This document shows positions 16,048 through 26,259 of a stretch of 64,000 nucleotides of DNA, one piece after another. The stretch spans positions 3,402 through 67,401 of the forward strand of contig JBIQHE010000020.1 in NCBI GenBank assembly GCA_044508875.1, read 5' to 3'. The translations under genes and the position numbers were made by a program. The notes under the pieces are model-generated. The model made no database searches and had not been told where the DNA came from. It was given only the letters and a program-made list of their open reading frames with translations. The DNA comes from Sphingomonadales bacterium (GTDB lineage: Bacteria; Pseudomonadota; Alphaproteobacteria; Sphingomonadales; Sphingomonadaceae). Each line of letters begins with the position of its first letter. Position 1 is the stretch's first letter.

Positions 16048-16917
16048 CTACCCTGCCCAATCCTCCAGCAGATGCCGCGCAATGGCGAGCGGGGGCGGGG
16101 CCATGAAGGGGGCGCCCATGTCCCCCGCGAGCGCTGCGCGGACCTCCACGCGATCGACCCACATCGCAGCCTCGATCTCGGTCGTGTCGAGCGTCAGCGC
16201 AGGGCCCAGCGCGCGGGCGCGGCAACCGATCATCAGCGAGGAAGGGAAGGGCCAGGGCTGGCTTGCGACATAGGAGACGTCGGTCACACGAATCCCCGCT
16301 TCTTCGAACAATTCGCGGGCAACCGCTTCTTCGAGCGATTCGCCCGGCTCCACGAAACCGGCGAGCGCGGAGAAGAAACCGGGTTGAAAGCCCGGCTGGC
16401 GGCCGACGAGCACGCGCTCTTCAAACTCGGCAAGCATGATCACAACCGGGTCGACGCGGGGGAAATGCTCGGCCCCGCAGGTCCTGCATTGCCGCCCCCA
16501 ACCGCCCCGGAACAGGGAGGTCGGCGCGCCGCAAACCGCGCAGAAGCGGTGCCGCGCGTGCCAGTCGACGAGGCTGCGCGCGCCGCCATAGAGCGCCGCT
16601 TCCTCGGCCGACAGGAGCGGCAGCAGCCGCATCACGGTGCGCGAGCGCGCATCGATGCGCTGCCCGGGCCCGGGCTCGCGCACGAAATGCGGGACCCCGG
16701 CCTCGTCGATGCCGAGCAGGATCACCGCCCGATCATCGGCACGATCGAAGGGCTCCCATCGAAGGCCCCCGCGCTCGCCGGGAATCGGATCAATACCGTC
16801 AAGTGCAAGGCACAAGGCGCGCGGATCCGCCATTGCGGCTGCAAAGCGTTCCGCATCGACGCGCACCTGGTCGGCGCGATCGAGTCTCGCCCCTGTGAAT
16901 CCGAGCGGCATGACCAT
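16048..16917 (-). CDS. nudC: NAD(+)/NADH diphosphatase, Nudix family with zinc ribbon
   Basis: Cys4 ribbon CAVCGAPT...CRTCGAEHFPR and Nudix box GFVEPGESLEEAVARELFEEAGI. Start placed at ATG 16917, which overlaps the upstream stop (ATGA). Confidence 0.85.
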   Translation of the reverse strand: MVMPLGFTGARLDRADQVRVDAERFAAAMADPRALCLALDGIDPIPGERGGLRWEPFDRADDRAVILLGIDEAGVPHFVREPGPGQRIDARSRTVMRLLPLLSAEEAALYGGARSLVDWHARHRFCAVCGAPTSLFRGGWGRQCRTCGAEHFPRVDPVVIMLAEFEERVLVGRQPGFQPGFFSALAGFVEPGESLEEAVARELFEEAGIRVTDVSYVASQPWPFPSSLMIGCRARALGPALTLDTTEIEAAMWVDRVEVRAALAGDMGAPFMAPPPLAIARHLLEDWAG

Positions 16918-18203
16918 CAGCGCAATGCATCCTGATAGAAGGCCTTGGCAAAGCCGGACTGGAAGGGGAGGGCGTCGGAGGGCATATATTGGGTGTAGCC
17001 GCCAACACGGTAACCCCGCACGCGGTCGACGAACCCGACCGTACCCGCCGCGCCCGCCCATCCGTAAAGCCCCTCGCCGGCAGCCGAGGTCGGGAGCGAC
17101 ACGCGCCCACCGGCGCCGAAACCTTCACCCTCGATGAAGGTGCCCTTGCGGTCGACGGCGTCATCGATGAGGTTCGACATCGCCAGCCGCGCGGTTTCCG
17201 TCTTCATGATACGCACACCGCCAGTCTCGCCTTCGCCAAGCAGCATCGCAAGGAAGCGGTCATAGTCGCGCGCGCTCGATACCAGCCCACCGCCGCCGAA
17301 TGGATAGGGCGGCTTGTCGAGGTAGATCGATTTCGTCGCGGGATCCATCGGGATCAGTACACCCCCGACCGGCGCATAGTTGGTTGTCAGCCGATGCACC
17401 TCGCTCGCTGGCACCTGGAACCAAGTGCTCTTCATGCCGAGCGGATCGAAGATGCGCGTCTTGAGGAAGGCGTCGAAGGGCTGGCCCGACACGACCTCGA
17501 CCAGCCGCCCTGTAAGGTCGAGGCTGACCGAATAGCTCCAGCGCGTGCCGGGTTCGTAGACCAAGGGAAGTTCAGCAAGCCGGTCGGCAAAGGCGGCAAG
17601 GCTGGGCGCCGCGGTGACGGGCGCGAGGCCGGGGATCGGCAGGCGGCTCACCTGGCCGCCCACGATGCCCGCGGCGTCATAGGCCGCCTTGATCGGCCCC
17701 TTCTGGATGATGTTGTAGCCGAGCCCAGCGGTGTGGGTAAGAAGGTGGCGAACGGTGATCTGCGTTTTCGCCGGATGCACCTCGGTGATTGATCCGTCGG
17801 GCACATTCTGCACCTTCATTGCCTTGAAGGCGGGGAGGAAGTCGGCGATCGGCTGGTCAAGTCCCATCTTGCCGTCCTCGATCAGCAGCATCGCCGCAAT
17901 CGCGGTAACGGGCTTGGTCATCGAATAGAGCCGCCACAGCGTGTCGGGGCCTACCGGTCTGGCCGAATCCATCGCCTGCGTGCCGTAGCCGAAACTCAGC
18001 GCCTCCTCCTGCCCCTTGCCGACGCAGGCGAGCGTGCTCGCAAGCTCGCGGCGGTCGACGAAGCCCTTTATGAAGGCATTGGTCCCAGGATAGAGGCTCG
18101 CCCCGTCAGCCCGAAAGCCCCACGCCGTTGCGGGCAGGAGCGCGGCGGCGCCGCTCAGAGCCATTCCGCCGAGCAGCGCGCGGCGCGTCACCATCATGTT
18201 CAT
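16917..18203 (-). CDS. Serine hydrolase, class C beta-lactamase/esterase family (exported, Tat-like signal)
   Basis: 428 aa. N-terminal TRRALLGGMALSGAAALL and the SxxK motif SMTKPV. Confidence 0.8.
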   Translation of the reverse strand: MNMMVTRRALLGGMALSGAAALLPATAWGFRADGASLYPGTNAFIKGFVDRRELASTLACVGKGQEEALSFGYGTQAMDSARPVGPDTLWRLYSMTKPVTAIAAMLLIEDGKMGLDQPIADFLPAFKAMKVQNVPDGSITEVHPAKTQITVRHLLTHTAGLGYNIIQKGPIKAAYDAAGIVGGQVSRLPIPGLAPVTAAPSLAAFADRLAELPLVYEPGTRWSYSVSLDLTGRLVEVVSGQPFDAFLKTRIFDPLGMKSTWFQVPASEVHRLTTNYAPVGGVLIPMDPATKSIYLDKPPYPFGGGGLVSSARDYDRFLAMLLGEGETGGVRIMKTETARLAMSNLIDDAVDRKGTFIEGEGFGAGGRVSLPTSAAGEGLYGWAGAAGTVGFVDRVRGYRVGGYTQYMPSDALPFQSGFAKAFYQDALR

Positions 18204-19240
18204 TCCTTCACCTCCCGCAGCCTGTCGATCAGCTTGCGATAGAGCGTCGGCAAGCCCGCCGCGTCAAGCGCCGAGAGCGGCCACCATTCGCCTTCCGCTG
18301 CGGCATCGGTGGCTTCGTCGGGCCATTCGCCGCGCACCAGCGTGAGGCGCAAGTCGAAATGGGTAAAGCTATGGTCGACCCGCGCAATGCCCGACTCGGG
18401 AGGCGGCGTCGCGCACCATTCTCCGCCCGGGAGCGCGCGCATTCCGCCTAGCATACCCTTGGCCGGGCGCCGAATGAGCCAGATGCGCTCGTCGCGCTCG
18501 ATCCAATGCGCAACGCCGTAACGCTGCGGCTTAGCCTTTTTCGGCGACTTTACCGGCAGCCGTTCGAGGTCGGCGCAGCTACGCGCGCGGCAATCGTCCA
18601 TCACCGGGCAGAGCGAGCAGGCAGGGCTTCGCGGCGTGCAGATGGTCGCGCCGAGGTCCATCAGGCCTTGGGCGAAGTCGCCCGGACGATCGTCCGGCAC
18701 CAGCGGCGCGAGTGCGGCCTTGATCTCGCGCTTTGCAGCGGGGAGCGGGGTTTCGATGAGCCTGTGGCGCGCGATCACGCGCTCGATATTGGCATCGACC
18801 ACCACCGCCGGACGGCCAAAGGCAATCGCTGCAACCGCGGCGGCGGTATAATCGCCGACCCCGGGCAGCGCGCGAAGGCCGGCCTCGGTCTCGGGAAACC
18901 GCCCGCGATGCTCAGTTACAACGGCACGCGCGCAGGCGAGCAGATTGCGCGCCCGGGCATAATAGCCGAGCCCCGCCCACGCCGCCATGACGTCAGTATC
19001 GTCGGCGGCTGCCAAATCGGCCACGGTGGGCCAGCGCGCGGTAAAGCGCTCGAAGTAGCCTGCGACCGCGGCGACCGTTGTCTGCTGGAGCATGATCTCC
19101 GCCATCCAGACGCGATAGGGATCGGGCATCGCGCTGCTGCCCGGTGGCACGCGCCACGGCAGGCGCCGTGCCGCGCGATCATACCAGGCGAGCAAGCGCT
19201 GCGCGAAGTCGCGCGCCGCGGATGCGGCGCCATTGGTCAT
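18200..19240 (-). CDS. mutY: A/G-specific adenine DNA glycosylase
   Basis: 346 aa. EIMLQQTTV, HhH-GPD, the 4Fe-4S cluster loop CTPRSPACSLCP...C, and a C-terminal MutT-like domain. Confidence 0.9.
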   Translation of the reverse strand: MTNGAASAARDFAQRLLAWYDRAARRLPWRVPPGSSAMPDPYRVWMAEIMLQQTTVAAVAGYFERFTARWPTVADLAAADDTDVMAAWAGLGYYARARNLLACARAVVTEHRGRFPETEAGLRALPGVGDYTAAAVAAIAFGRPAVVVDANIERVIARHRLIETPLPAAKREIKAALAPLVPDDRPGDFAQGLMDLGATICTPRSPACSLCPVMDDCRARSCADLERLPVKSPKKAKPQRYGVAHWIERDERIWLIRRPAKGMLGGMRALPGGEWCATPPPESGIARVDHSFTHFDLRLTLVRGEWPDEATDAAAEGEWWPLSALDAAGLPTLYRKLIDRLREVKE

Positions 19241-19583
19241 CGCCCGTAGCTCCGCCCTTCAACGAGCAGACCCACCCAGCACGCGTGCGGATCGGCCCTG
19301 CCCGGGTGCGCATTATCGCCGCCGCCTGCCGTGCGCTCGCAGGTGCCAAACTGGTCCCGCACGGCCGGTGCCATAATATCCCTCGCCAAATGCGGGCGCG
19401 AGGGCTGAAGAAGAGGCGCAAGCGAAACCGGGGGGAGCGGGGGAGTCATGCCGCGAGGCTGGCACGGGGGTCCAATCTAGGAAAGCGATTTTTCGGGGGG
19501 CGGCGCGGCGCACCGGTGGCCTATCCCTTTTTCTGGGCCTTCCTTCTTCCGCCTCATCTGGACGCTCACCCCCCGGCTGTGGC

Positions 19584-20165
19584 ATGGCGGCGCCCATGGC
19601 GAATGCTGGCAGCGAAGGCCCCCCCGCCAGGGCGGCGAAGGCGAAGAGGAGCGCGAAGGCGAAGGCGACCGCGCGCCCCTATGAGCGACCGCGCGGCGGC
19701 GAGGCTCGCGCGATTTCCGACCTCGTCCCCGAAATTGGACGCACCGCGTTTCGGAAATTCGGCTTTATCCAGTCGTCGGTGGTCAGCCGCTGGCGCGAGA
19801 TCGTCGGCGCAAAGCTGGCCGACGTTACCCAGCCTGCGATGATTCGCTTTCCTGCCGGGCAGAAGGCGGGCGGCACCCTCCACCTGACGATAAGCGGTGC
19901 GCATGCGCCGATGCTCCAGCATGTCGCGCCCGACATCATCTCCGCCGTCAATCGCTTCTTTGGATATGCCGCCATCGCGCAGGTGCGCATGACGCATGGC
20001 CAGATAGTGCCGCGGGCGCCCGTTCAGCCGCCCGCAATGCTGAAGCCCGTACCCGCCGAACTGGGGGACAGCCTTCGCGACATCGGCGATCCCGAGCTTC
20101 GAACCGTGCTCGAACGCATGGCCGCGGGGCTCGCCGCGCCGCCAAAACTGCCGCGGATCAGTTGA
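19584..20165 (+). CDS. DUF721 (DciA-like) domain protein
   Basis: 193 aa with a basic N-terminus. The core ISDLVPEIGRTAFRKFGF...WREIVG...TLHLTISGAHAPMLQH is typical of DUF721. Divergent from mutY. Confidence 0.7.
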   Translation: MAAPMANAGSEGPPARAAKAKRSAKAKATARPYERPRGGEARAISDLVPEIGRTAFRKFGFIQSSVVSRWREIVGAKLADVTQPAMIRFPAGQKAGGTLHLTISGAHAPMLQHVAPDIISAVNRFFGYAAIAQVRMTHGQIVPRAPVQPPAMLKPVPAELGDSLRDIGDPELRTVLERMAAGLAAPPKLPRIS

Positions 20166-20184
20166 TAGAAAGACCGGCTCGACC

Positions 20185-20910
20185 ATGTTCGCTATTGCCA
20201 TCGCATCGCTGCCCCGCCGCGCCGCCGTCACAGCGCTCTCCGCCGCCGCGCTTGCGCTGCTTGTCGGTGCGGCGCCTGCCAAGCCCACGGGCCCGCGCTG
20301 GTCGGCAACGGTCACCGAAAGTGGGATCGGCGCCTATAGCATCGGCAATCCGCAGGCGAAGGTGAAGCTGGTCGAATATTTCAGCTACACCTGCTCGCAT
20401 TGCGCCGAATTTGCAAAGGAGGCGGGAGTTCCTCTCAAGACCCAATATATCGACACGGGGCTTGTCCTGTTCGAATATCGCAACCTCATTCGCGATCCGC
20501 TCGACATGACCGCGGCGATGCTCGCGCGCTGCGGCGGACCCAAGGCGTTCGCCGCCGATCACCAGGCGATCTTCGCCGCGCAGGCTGCATGGCTCGGCAA
20601 GGCAGCGAAGATGACGCAGGCGCAGCAGGCGCCGTGGTATCAAGGCTCGCTTGGCGAGCGGACGCGACGAATGGCGGCCGACACCGGCCTCGACGCGCTG
20701 ATGCGCGGCCGCGGCTACACCCCGGCCCAGCTCAACGCGTGCCTCGAAAGCGGGGTCGCCGAGGCCGAGCTGATGGGGATGACCACCATCGGGGCGAACG
20801 CCGACAAGGTTGAGGGGACGCCGACCTTTTTCGTCAACGGCCGCAGGGTCGAAGTCGGCCACTGGGCCGATCTCAAACCGATCCTCGACGCCGCGCTCAA
20901 GCAGAAGTAA
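20185..20910 (+). CDS. DsbA-family thiol:disulfide oxidoreductase (exported)
   Basis: 241 aa with a signal peptide and the CxxC motif FSYTCSHCAEF. Confidence 0.8.
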   Translation: MFAIAIASLPRRAAVTALSAAALALLVGAAPAKPTGPRWSATVTESGIGAYSIGNPQAKVKLVEYFSYTCSHCAEFAKEAGVPLKTQYIDTGLVLFEYRNLIRDPLDMTAAMLARCGGPKAFAADHQAIFAAQAAWLGKAAKMTQAQQAPWYQGSLGERTRRMAADTGLDALMRGRGYTPAQLNACLESGVAEAELMGMTTIGANADKVEGTPTFFVNGRRVEVGHWADLKPILDAALKQK

Positions 20911-20942
20911 GACAACCCCAATACAATCAGACGGAGAAGACC

Positions 20943-21695
20943 GTGCCCAAGACCTTGCCCACGCTGCGCATTGCGCTCCTCGCCTCGCTCGGCGCCTTCG
21001 CGCTCGCCGCTTGCGGCGACAGCAAGACCGACCCAGCCAAGGAACAGGAGGTGATCGCAAAGGTGGCCGCGCCTGAAGGCAAGAGCTGGTCCGACCTCGT
21101 CGCCCTCACCCCCGAGGGGGGGCATGTGATGGGCAACCCCGACGCGCCGATCAAGATCATCGAATTTGCGTCGCTGACCTGCCCGCACTGCGCCGATTTC
21201 GCGATCGAGAGCCATGACGAGCTAAAGCGCGACTTTATCGACACCGGCCGCGTCAGCCTCGAACTGCGCAATTTCGTGCGCGATGGCGTCGACCTGACCG
21301 CCGCCGCGCTCACCCATTGCGCGCCGCCCGAGCGCTATTTCCCTCTGACCCAGAGTGCCTTCGCCTCGCAGGCGCAGATTTTTGAAGCCGCGCAGGCCAA
21401 TCAGCAAGGCTTTGAGGCGGCGATGAATGCAGCGCCCGCGGTGCGCTTCCAGCAGCTCGCCAGGGCACTGAAACTCGACGAGTTTTTTCAGTCGCGGGGC
21501 ATGACCGGACAGCAGGTAAGCGCCTGCCTTGCCAATCTCGAGGGCATCAAGAAGCTCGAGGACGGCACCAGCGCCGCGCAGCAGCAATATAATGTTCAAG
21601 GCACGCCCACTTTCGTCATTAACGGCCAGGTTGCCGAGGGCATCGCGACCTGGCCCCTGCTGCGCGACCGTCTGCGCACGATGGGGGCACGCTGA
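20943..21695 (+). CDS. DsbA-family thiol:disulfide oxidoreductase lipoprotein
   Basis: 250 aa with lipobox LAACG and CxxC motif LTCPHCADF. Paralogous to the preceding gene. Confidence 0.8.
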   Translation: MPKTLPTLRIALLASLGAFALAACGDSKTDPAKEQEVIAKVAAPEGKSWSDLVALTPEGGHVMGNPDAPIKIIEFASLTCPHCADFAIESHDELKRDFIDTGRVSLELRNFVRDGVDLTAAALTHCAPPERYFPLTQSAFASQAQIFEAAQANQQGFEAAMNAAPAVRFQQLARALKLDEFFQSRGMTGQQVSACLANLEGIKKLEDGTSAAQQQYNVQGTPTFVINGQVAEGIATWPLLRDRLRTMGAR

Positions 21696-21842
21696 GACGT
21701 CTGCCCTTACCGCAGCGTTGAGGGGCCCATCGGTCTCAAGCCCCTTGCGACTCCCCCGCCCGCACGGCATGACGACGCCAGGGGGATATGTGACGCCACC
21801 GTTGCACAGCCTGCGATTCGATAATCTGCACGGGAGCTTTTC

Positions 21843-24800
21843 GTGCAGATAAAGCGGCTGCGCCTGACGGGGTTCAAGAGTTTCGTCGAACCCACCGAAT
21901 TGCGCATCGAGCCCGGCCTGACAGGTGTCGTCGGCCCCAATGGCTGCGGCAAATCGAATCTCCTCGAAGCAATCCGCTGGGTGATGGGCGAATCGAGCCC
22001 CAAGTCGATGCGCGGCGGCGGCATGGAGGATGTCATCTTTGCCGGCACCTCCTCCCGCCCGGCGCGCGACTTTGCCGAGGTCGCGATCCACTGCGATACC
22101 GAAGGCGCGCTTGTCGCGGGGCTCTCCGACGCGAGCGAGGGGCGCGAGCTTGAGATCATTCGCCGCATCGAGCGCGGCGCGGGGAGCGCCTACCGCGCCA
22201 ATGGCCGCGACGTACGAGCAAAGGACGTCGCGCTGATCTTTGCCGACGCAGCAACCGGCGCGCACAGCCCGGCGCTCGTCAGCCAGGGCAAGATTGCAAA
22301 TGTCATCGCCGCCAAACCGACCGAGCGTCGCGCAATGCTCGAGGAGGCCGCGGGGATCGCCGGGCTCCACGTTCGCCGCAAGGACGCCGAGCAGAAGTTG
22401 CGCGCGACCGAAGCCAACCTCTTGCGCCTCTCGGAGATCGTCGCTGACATGGAGGTGCGCGCAAACGCCCTCCGCCGCCAAGCCCGCGCCGCCGAACGCT
22501 ATCGCAAGCTGAGCGAAGAGATCCGCGTCGCCGAAGCGCGGCTGATCTTCGCGCGATGGCGCGATGCCGCGGCCGCCGCCGATCAGGCCCGCCGCGACGC
22601 CGATGCTGCCGAAGCCGCAGTGAAGGCGGCACAGGAGGAGCTTGAGACGCTGTCGCGCGCGCAGACAGAGGTCGCCGCGCGCCTTGCGTCCGCACGCTCC
22701 GACGCGCAGGCGCAGCGTGACGCCCTCGCCGAGGCGACGGCCACGCAGGTTCGCCTGGCCGGGGAGGAACGCGCGGCGCGGCAGCGGATCGACGATCTCG
22801 CGGCGCAGCAGGGGCGGCTCGCCGAAGACCGAGAGCGCGAAGGGGAGCTCGCGCGCGATGCACATGGCGCGCTGACCGCCCTCGATGCCGAAAGCAAGGA
22901 CCTCGCGCAGCGCATCACCGCGCACGGCGCCGGCAAGGCCGCACTCGTCGAGGCCCATCAAGCGGCACAGACGCGACTGCGCGACGCCGAGGTGGCGCTG
23001 GCGCAGGCGCGCGCCAAGGCCGCGAGCGAGGCCGCCGATCGCCGCGTCGCACGCGGAGCGCGCGACAGCGCCGAAGCGGCGGTGCGGAGAATTGCGAGCG
23101 AAGGCGCACGGGTCGAAGCCGAGGTGGCGGGCCTCGGCGACAGCGCTGTCCTCGCCGCGAATGTCGAAGAAAGGACGCGGGCCGCGGCGCGCGCTGAGAC
23201 CGCGATTGCCGAAGCCGAGACCGCCCTCGCCGGAGCCGAGGCTGATCGCGAGGCCGCCACCTCCGACCTCGCAGCCGTGGATGCCGGGCTCGCCGAGGCC
23301 CGCGCCGCGCTCGCCGCACTCGAAGGCGAGGCCGCGACACTCCAGCGCGCGCTCGCCGCAGCGCGAAGCGACGCCGACCGCATACTCGACCGGATCAAGG
23401 TGAAACCAGGCTATGAGGCCGCGCTCGCAGCGGCGCTCGGCGACGACCTGGACGCCGGTACGGGGGCCGATGCGGCGCGAAGCTGGCGCGGCGCCGAAGC
23501 GTTAAAGGCGGATCCCGATCTTGCGACGGGGACCCGCGCGCTCGCCGAGTTCGTCGATGCACCGCCCGAACTCGCACGCCGCCTTGCACAGGTTGCAGTC
23601 GCGGAGATCGACGCGGGACAGGAGCTTTTCGTCGGCCAGCGCCTGGTGACGATTGACGGCGTGATGCGCCGCTGGGACGGCTTTGTGACGCGTGGAGACG
23701 GGGCGACCGCAAGCGAACGCCTGCAGCGCCAGAATCGCCTGGACGCACTGGCCGCGCAGCGGCCGGAGGTCGAACTCGGCGTCGAAGAGCTGCGGAGCCG
23801 GCGCGAAAAGGCAGCAGCGACGCTCGTCTTGCGTACCGAAGCGGCCACTGCTGCACGCAAGGCGCTCGCCAACGCCGATGAAACGCGGCGCAGCGCGCTG
23901 CGTGCCGCCGATCAGGCACAGGCGGCGCTCGACCGCCACCGCGATGCCGCGGCCTTGTTCGCTGGCCGCCTCGCCGAAATCGCGACGTCAGCCAGGGAGG
24001 CTGCCGAACAGCTCGCGGCGCACGAGGCAGCGCTCGCGGCGCTGCCCGATGAGACGATTGCGCGCGCCGCGCTCGACGGCGCCGAGGCCGATACCGAGAG
24101 TGCTCGTCAGCATGCCAGCGCGGCGCAGAGCGCGCTCGCCGACCATGACCGCGCGCTCGCGGCGCTAAGCGAGCGCCAGGCGGTGGTGAGCGCCGAGATC
24201 AAGAGCTGGAAGGCCCGCGCCGGCGAGGCTGCCCGCCGCGTCGCCGACATGGACAAGCGCGCGCTCCTCCTTGCCGAGGAAGCCGTGAAGCTCGCCGACC
24301 TTCCCGAGAAGCTCGCCGCCGACCGCGAAGCCGCCGAGACACAGCAGCGAGCGCTGCGCGAAAAGGTCGCCGAGGCCGAGGTGCGCGAGCGCGAGGCGGA
24401 GACCGCTCTGCGCGAGGCCGAGACGGCCCTCACCACCATTCGCGAGCGCGTCGCTGCGGCGCGCGAGACCCGCGCCGGCGCGGCCGCACGGTCCGAGAAT
24501 GCCGAACTGCGCCGCGTCGAAATGGGCCGGCTTTCGGGCGAGCGCTTCGAATGCCCCCCGCCACTCCTCCCTCAAAAGGCAGGATTCGAGAGTGACAGCG
24601 TCGGCGACGCGGGGGCCGAATCGGCGCAGCATGATCGGCTGATCGCCGATCGCGAACGGCTCGGCCCGGTCAATCTGGTCGCCGCCGACGAGCTCGTCGA
24701 ACTCGATACCGAGCGTGAGAGGAACGCTGCCGAAATCGAGGAGCTGCAGCAGGCCGTGAACCGTCTCCGCGGCTCGATAGGCAATCTGAACCGCGAGGGC

Positions 24801-25286
24801 CGCGTCCGTCTTCTGTCCGCCTTCGAGGCGGTGAACGCCCATTTTCAGCGCCTTTTCACGACGCTGTTCAACGGCGGCCAGGCGCATCTCGAACTCGTTG
24901 ATTCGGACGATCCGCTCGAGGCGGGGCTGGAGATCATGGCGCAGCCACCCGGCAAACGCCTCGGCAGCCTGACCCTGCTTTCGGGCGGCGAACAGGCGCT
25001 CACTGCGGTGGCGCTGATTTTTGGTCTGTTTCTCACCAACCCGGCTCCGATCTGTGTTCTCGACGAGGTCGACGCGCCGCTTGATGATGCCAATATCGAA
25101 CGTTTCTGCGATCTGCTCGACCGGATGAGCCGCGAGACCAATACCCGCTATTTGATCGTCACCCACAATGCGGTGACGATGGCGCGCATGCACCGCTTGT
25201 TCGGTGTGACGATGATCGAGAGGGGCGTCAGCCGCCTCGTCTCGGTGGACCTCGGCGGCGCCGAAGAGCTGCTCGCGGCGGAATAG
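21843..25286 (+). CDS. smc: Chromosome segregation protein SMC
   Basis: 1147 aa with a GTG start. Walker A GPNGCGKSN, long Ala/Glu/Arg coiled coils, a hinge, signature LSGGEQ and Walker B LDEVDAPLD. Confidence 0.95.
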   Translation: MQIKRLRLTGFKSFVEPTELRIEPGLTGVVGPNGCGKSNLLEAIRWVMGESSPKSMRGGGMEDVIFAGTSSRPARDFAEVAIHCDTEGALVAGLSDASEGRELEIIRRIERGAGSAYRANGRDVRAKDVALIFADAATGAHSPALVSQGKIANVIAAKPTERRAMLEEAAGIAGLHVRRKDAEQKLRATEANLLRLSEIVADMEVRANALRRQARAAERYRKLSEEIRVAEARLIFARWRDAAAAADQARRDADAAEAAVKAAQEELETLSRAQTEVAARLASARSDAQAQRDALAEATATQVRLAGEERAARQRIDDLAAQQGRLAEDREREGELARDAHGALTALDAESKDLAQRITAHGAGKAALVEAHQAAQTRLRDAEVALAQARAKAASEAADRRVARGARDSAEAAVRRIASEGARVEAEVAGLGDSAVLAANVEERTRAAARAETAIAEAETALAGAEADREAATSDLAAVDAGLAEARAALAALEGEAATLQRALAAARSDADRILDRIKVKPGYEAALAAALGDDLDAGTGADAARSWRGAEALKADPDLATGTRALAEFVDAPPELARRLAQVAVAEIDAGQELFVGQRLVTIDGVMRRWDGFVTRGDGATASERLQRQNRLDALAAQRPEVELGVEELRSRREKAAATLVLRTEAATAARKALANADETRRSALRAADQAQAALDRHRDAAALFAGRLAEIATSAREAAEQLAAHEAALAALPDETIARAALDGAEADTESARQHASAAQSALADHDRALAALSERQAVVSAEIKSWKARAGEAARRVADMDKRALLLAEEAVKLADLPEKLAADREAAETQQRALREKVAEAEVREREAETALREAETALTTIRERVAAARETRAGAAARSENAELRRVEMGRLSGERFECPPPLLPQKAGFESDSVGDAGAESAQHDRLIADRERLGPVNLVAADELVELDTERERNAAEIEELQQAVNRLRGSIGNLNREGRVRLLSAFEAVNAHFQRLFTTLFNGGQAHLELVDSDDPLEAGLEIMAQPPGKRLGSLTLLSGGEQALTAVALIFGLFLTNPAPICVLDEVDAPLDDANIERFCDLLDRMSRETNTRYLIVTHNAVTMARMHRLFGVTMIERGVSRLVSVDLGGAEELLAAE

Positions 25287-26195
25287 TCAGCCCGCGCTTC
25301 CCACCACCAGCATCGCGGCAAATACAAGAAGCCCTGCGAGGCGATTGCTGCGGAACTTCGCGAGCGCGTCGGCGCCGTTCGCAGGCTCGAGCGTCGCGAC
25401 CTGCCCGGTGAGGTGCAGCGCTGCGGGCACCAGCGCGACGAATACCAGCGGGTCCGGCCTCGCGGTCCACAGCGCCCCTGCCCACAGCAGAAGCGCGGTG
25501 GCATAGCAGAGCGCCACCCCGGCGCGGACCTGTCCTCCCATGGCGCGGGCACTCGACTTCACCCCCACGAGCGCGTCATCCTCTATGTCCTGCAGCGCAT
25601 AGATGGTGTCATAGCCGATCACCCAGGCGATCGATCCGGCGTAGAGCAGTGGCAGCGTAAGACCGCCATCGCCGCCGACCGCGACCCAGCCGACCAGCGC
25701 ACCCCAACTGAACACGAGTCCCAGCCACGCCTGCGGCCACCATGTGATGCGCTTCATGAAAGGGTAGGCCGCGACGAGCGCGAGGCTTATCACCGCGACG
25801 ACCTGCGCTGGACGGGGCAATTGTAACAGGACGATCAGCCCGATGAGCGACAGCAGGAGGGTCCACAAGAGCGCGTTTCGCACCGACACGGCCCCGCTTG
25901 GAAGTGGCCGCGAGGCGGTGCGTGCGACCTTTGCATCGAGGTCGCGGTCTACGACGTCATTATAAACGCAGCCCGCACCGCGCATGACGATCGCGCCAAG
26001 CAGCATCCAAAAGAAGAGCGGCCAATGGCTCCGCGCGCCGCCCGCGAGGGCCAGCCCCCAAGCGCAAGGCCAGTAGAGAAGCCACCAGCCGATCGGCCGG
26101 TCGAAGCGCGCAAGCAAGGCGTAGGGCCGCATCGCGGCGGGAAGCAGGCCAAGGAAACCCTGGTGCTGGCTGTCGGGAGGATGCGCCGCGGTCAT
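25287..26195 (-). CDS. ubiA: 4-hydroxybenzoate polyprenyltransferase
   Basis: The ORF track's frame is trimmed to ATG 26195 (MTAAHPPDS...). Motifs NDVVDRDLD and YALQDIEDD; multi-TM. Confidence 0.85.
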   Translation of the reverse strand: MTAAHPPDSQHQGFLGLLPAAMRPYALLARFDRPIGWWLLYWPCAWGLALAGGARSHWPLFFWMLLGAIVMRGAGCVYNDVVDRDLDAKVARTASRPLPSGAVSVRNALLWTLLLSLIGLIVLLQLPRPAQVVAVISLALVAAYPFMKRITWWPQAWLGLVFSWGALVGWVAVGGDGGLTLPLLYAGSIAWVIGYDTIYALQDIEDDALVGVKSSARAMGGQVRAGVALCYATALLLWAGALWTARPDPLVFVALVPAALHLTGQVATLEPANGADALAKFRSNRLAGLLVFAAMLVVGSAG

Positions 26196-26259
26196 CGCCC
26201 CGGGCGATAGCAGCCGATGCGTCCGCGATAAATGCCTGATTGACCCGGGACGACCGGCG

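Noticed and set aside
22303-23939. Several 140-190-aa Arg/Pro/Ala-rich ORFs in both orientations within the smc region
   Set aside because: They are by-products of the GC-rich, Ala/Glu/Arg-coding coiled-coil segment of smc, with no independent coding signal.
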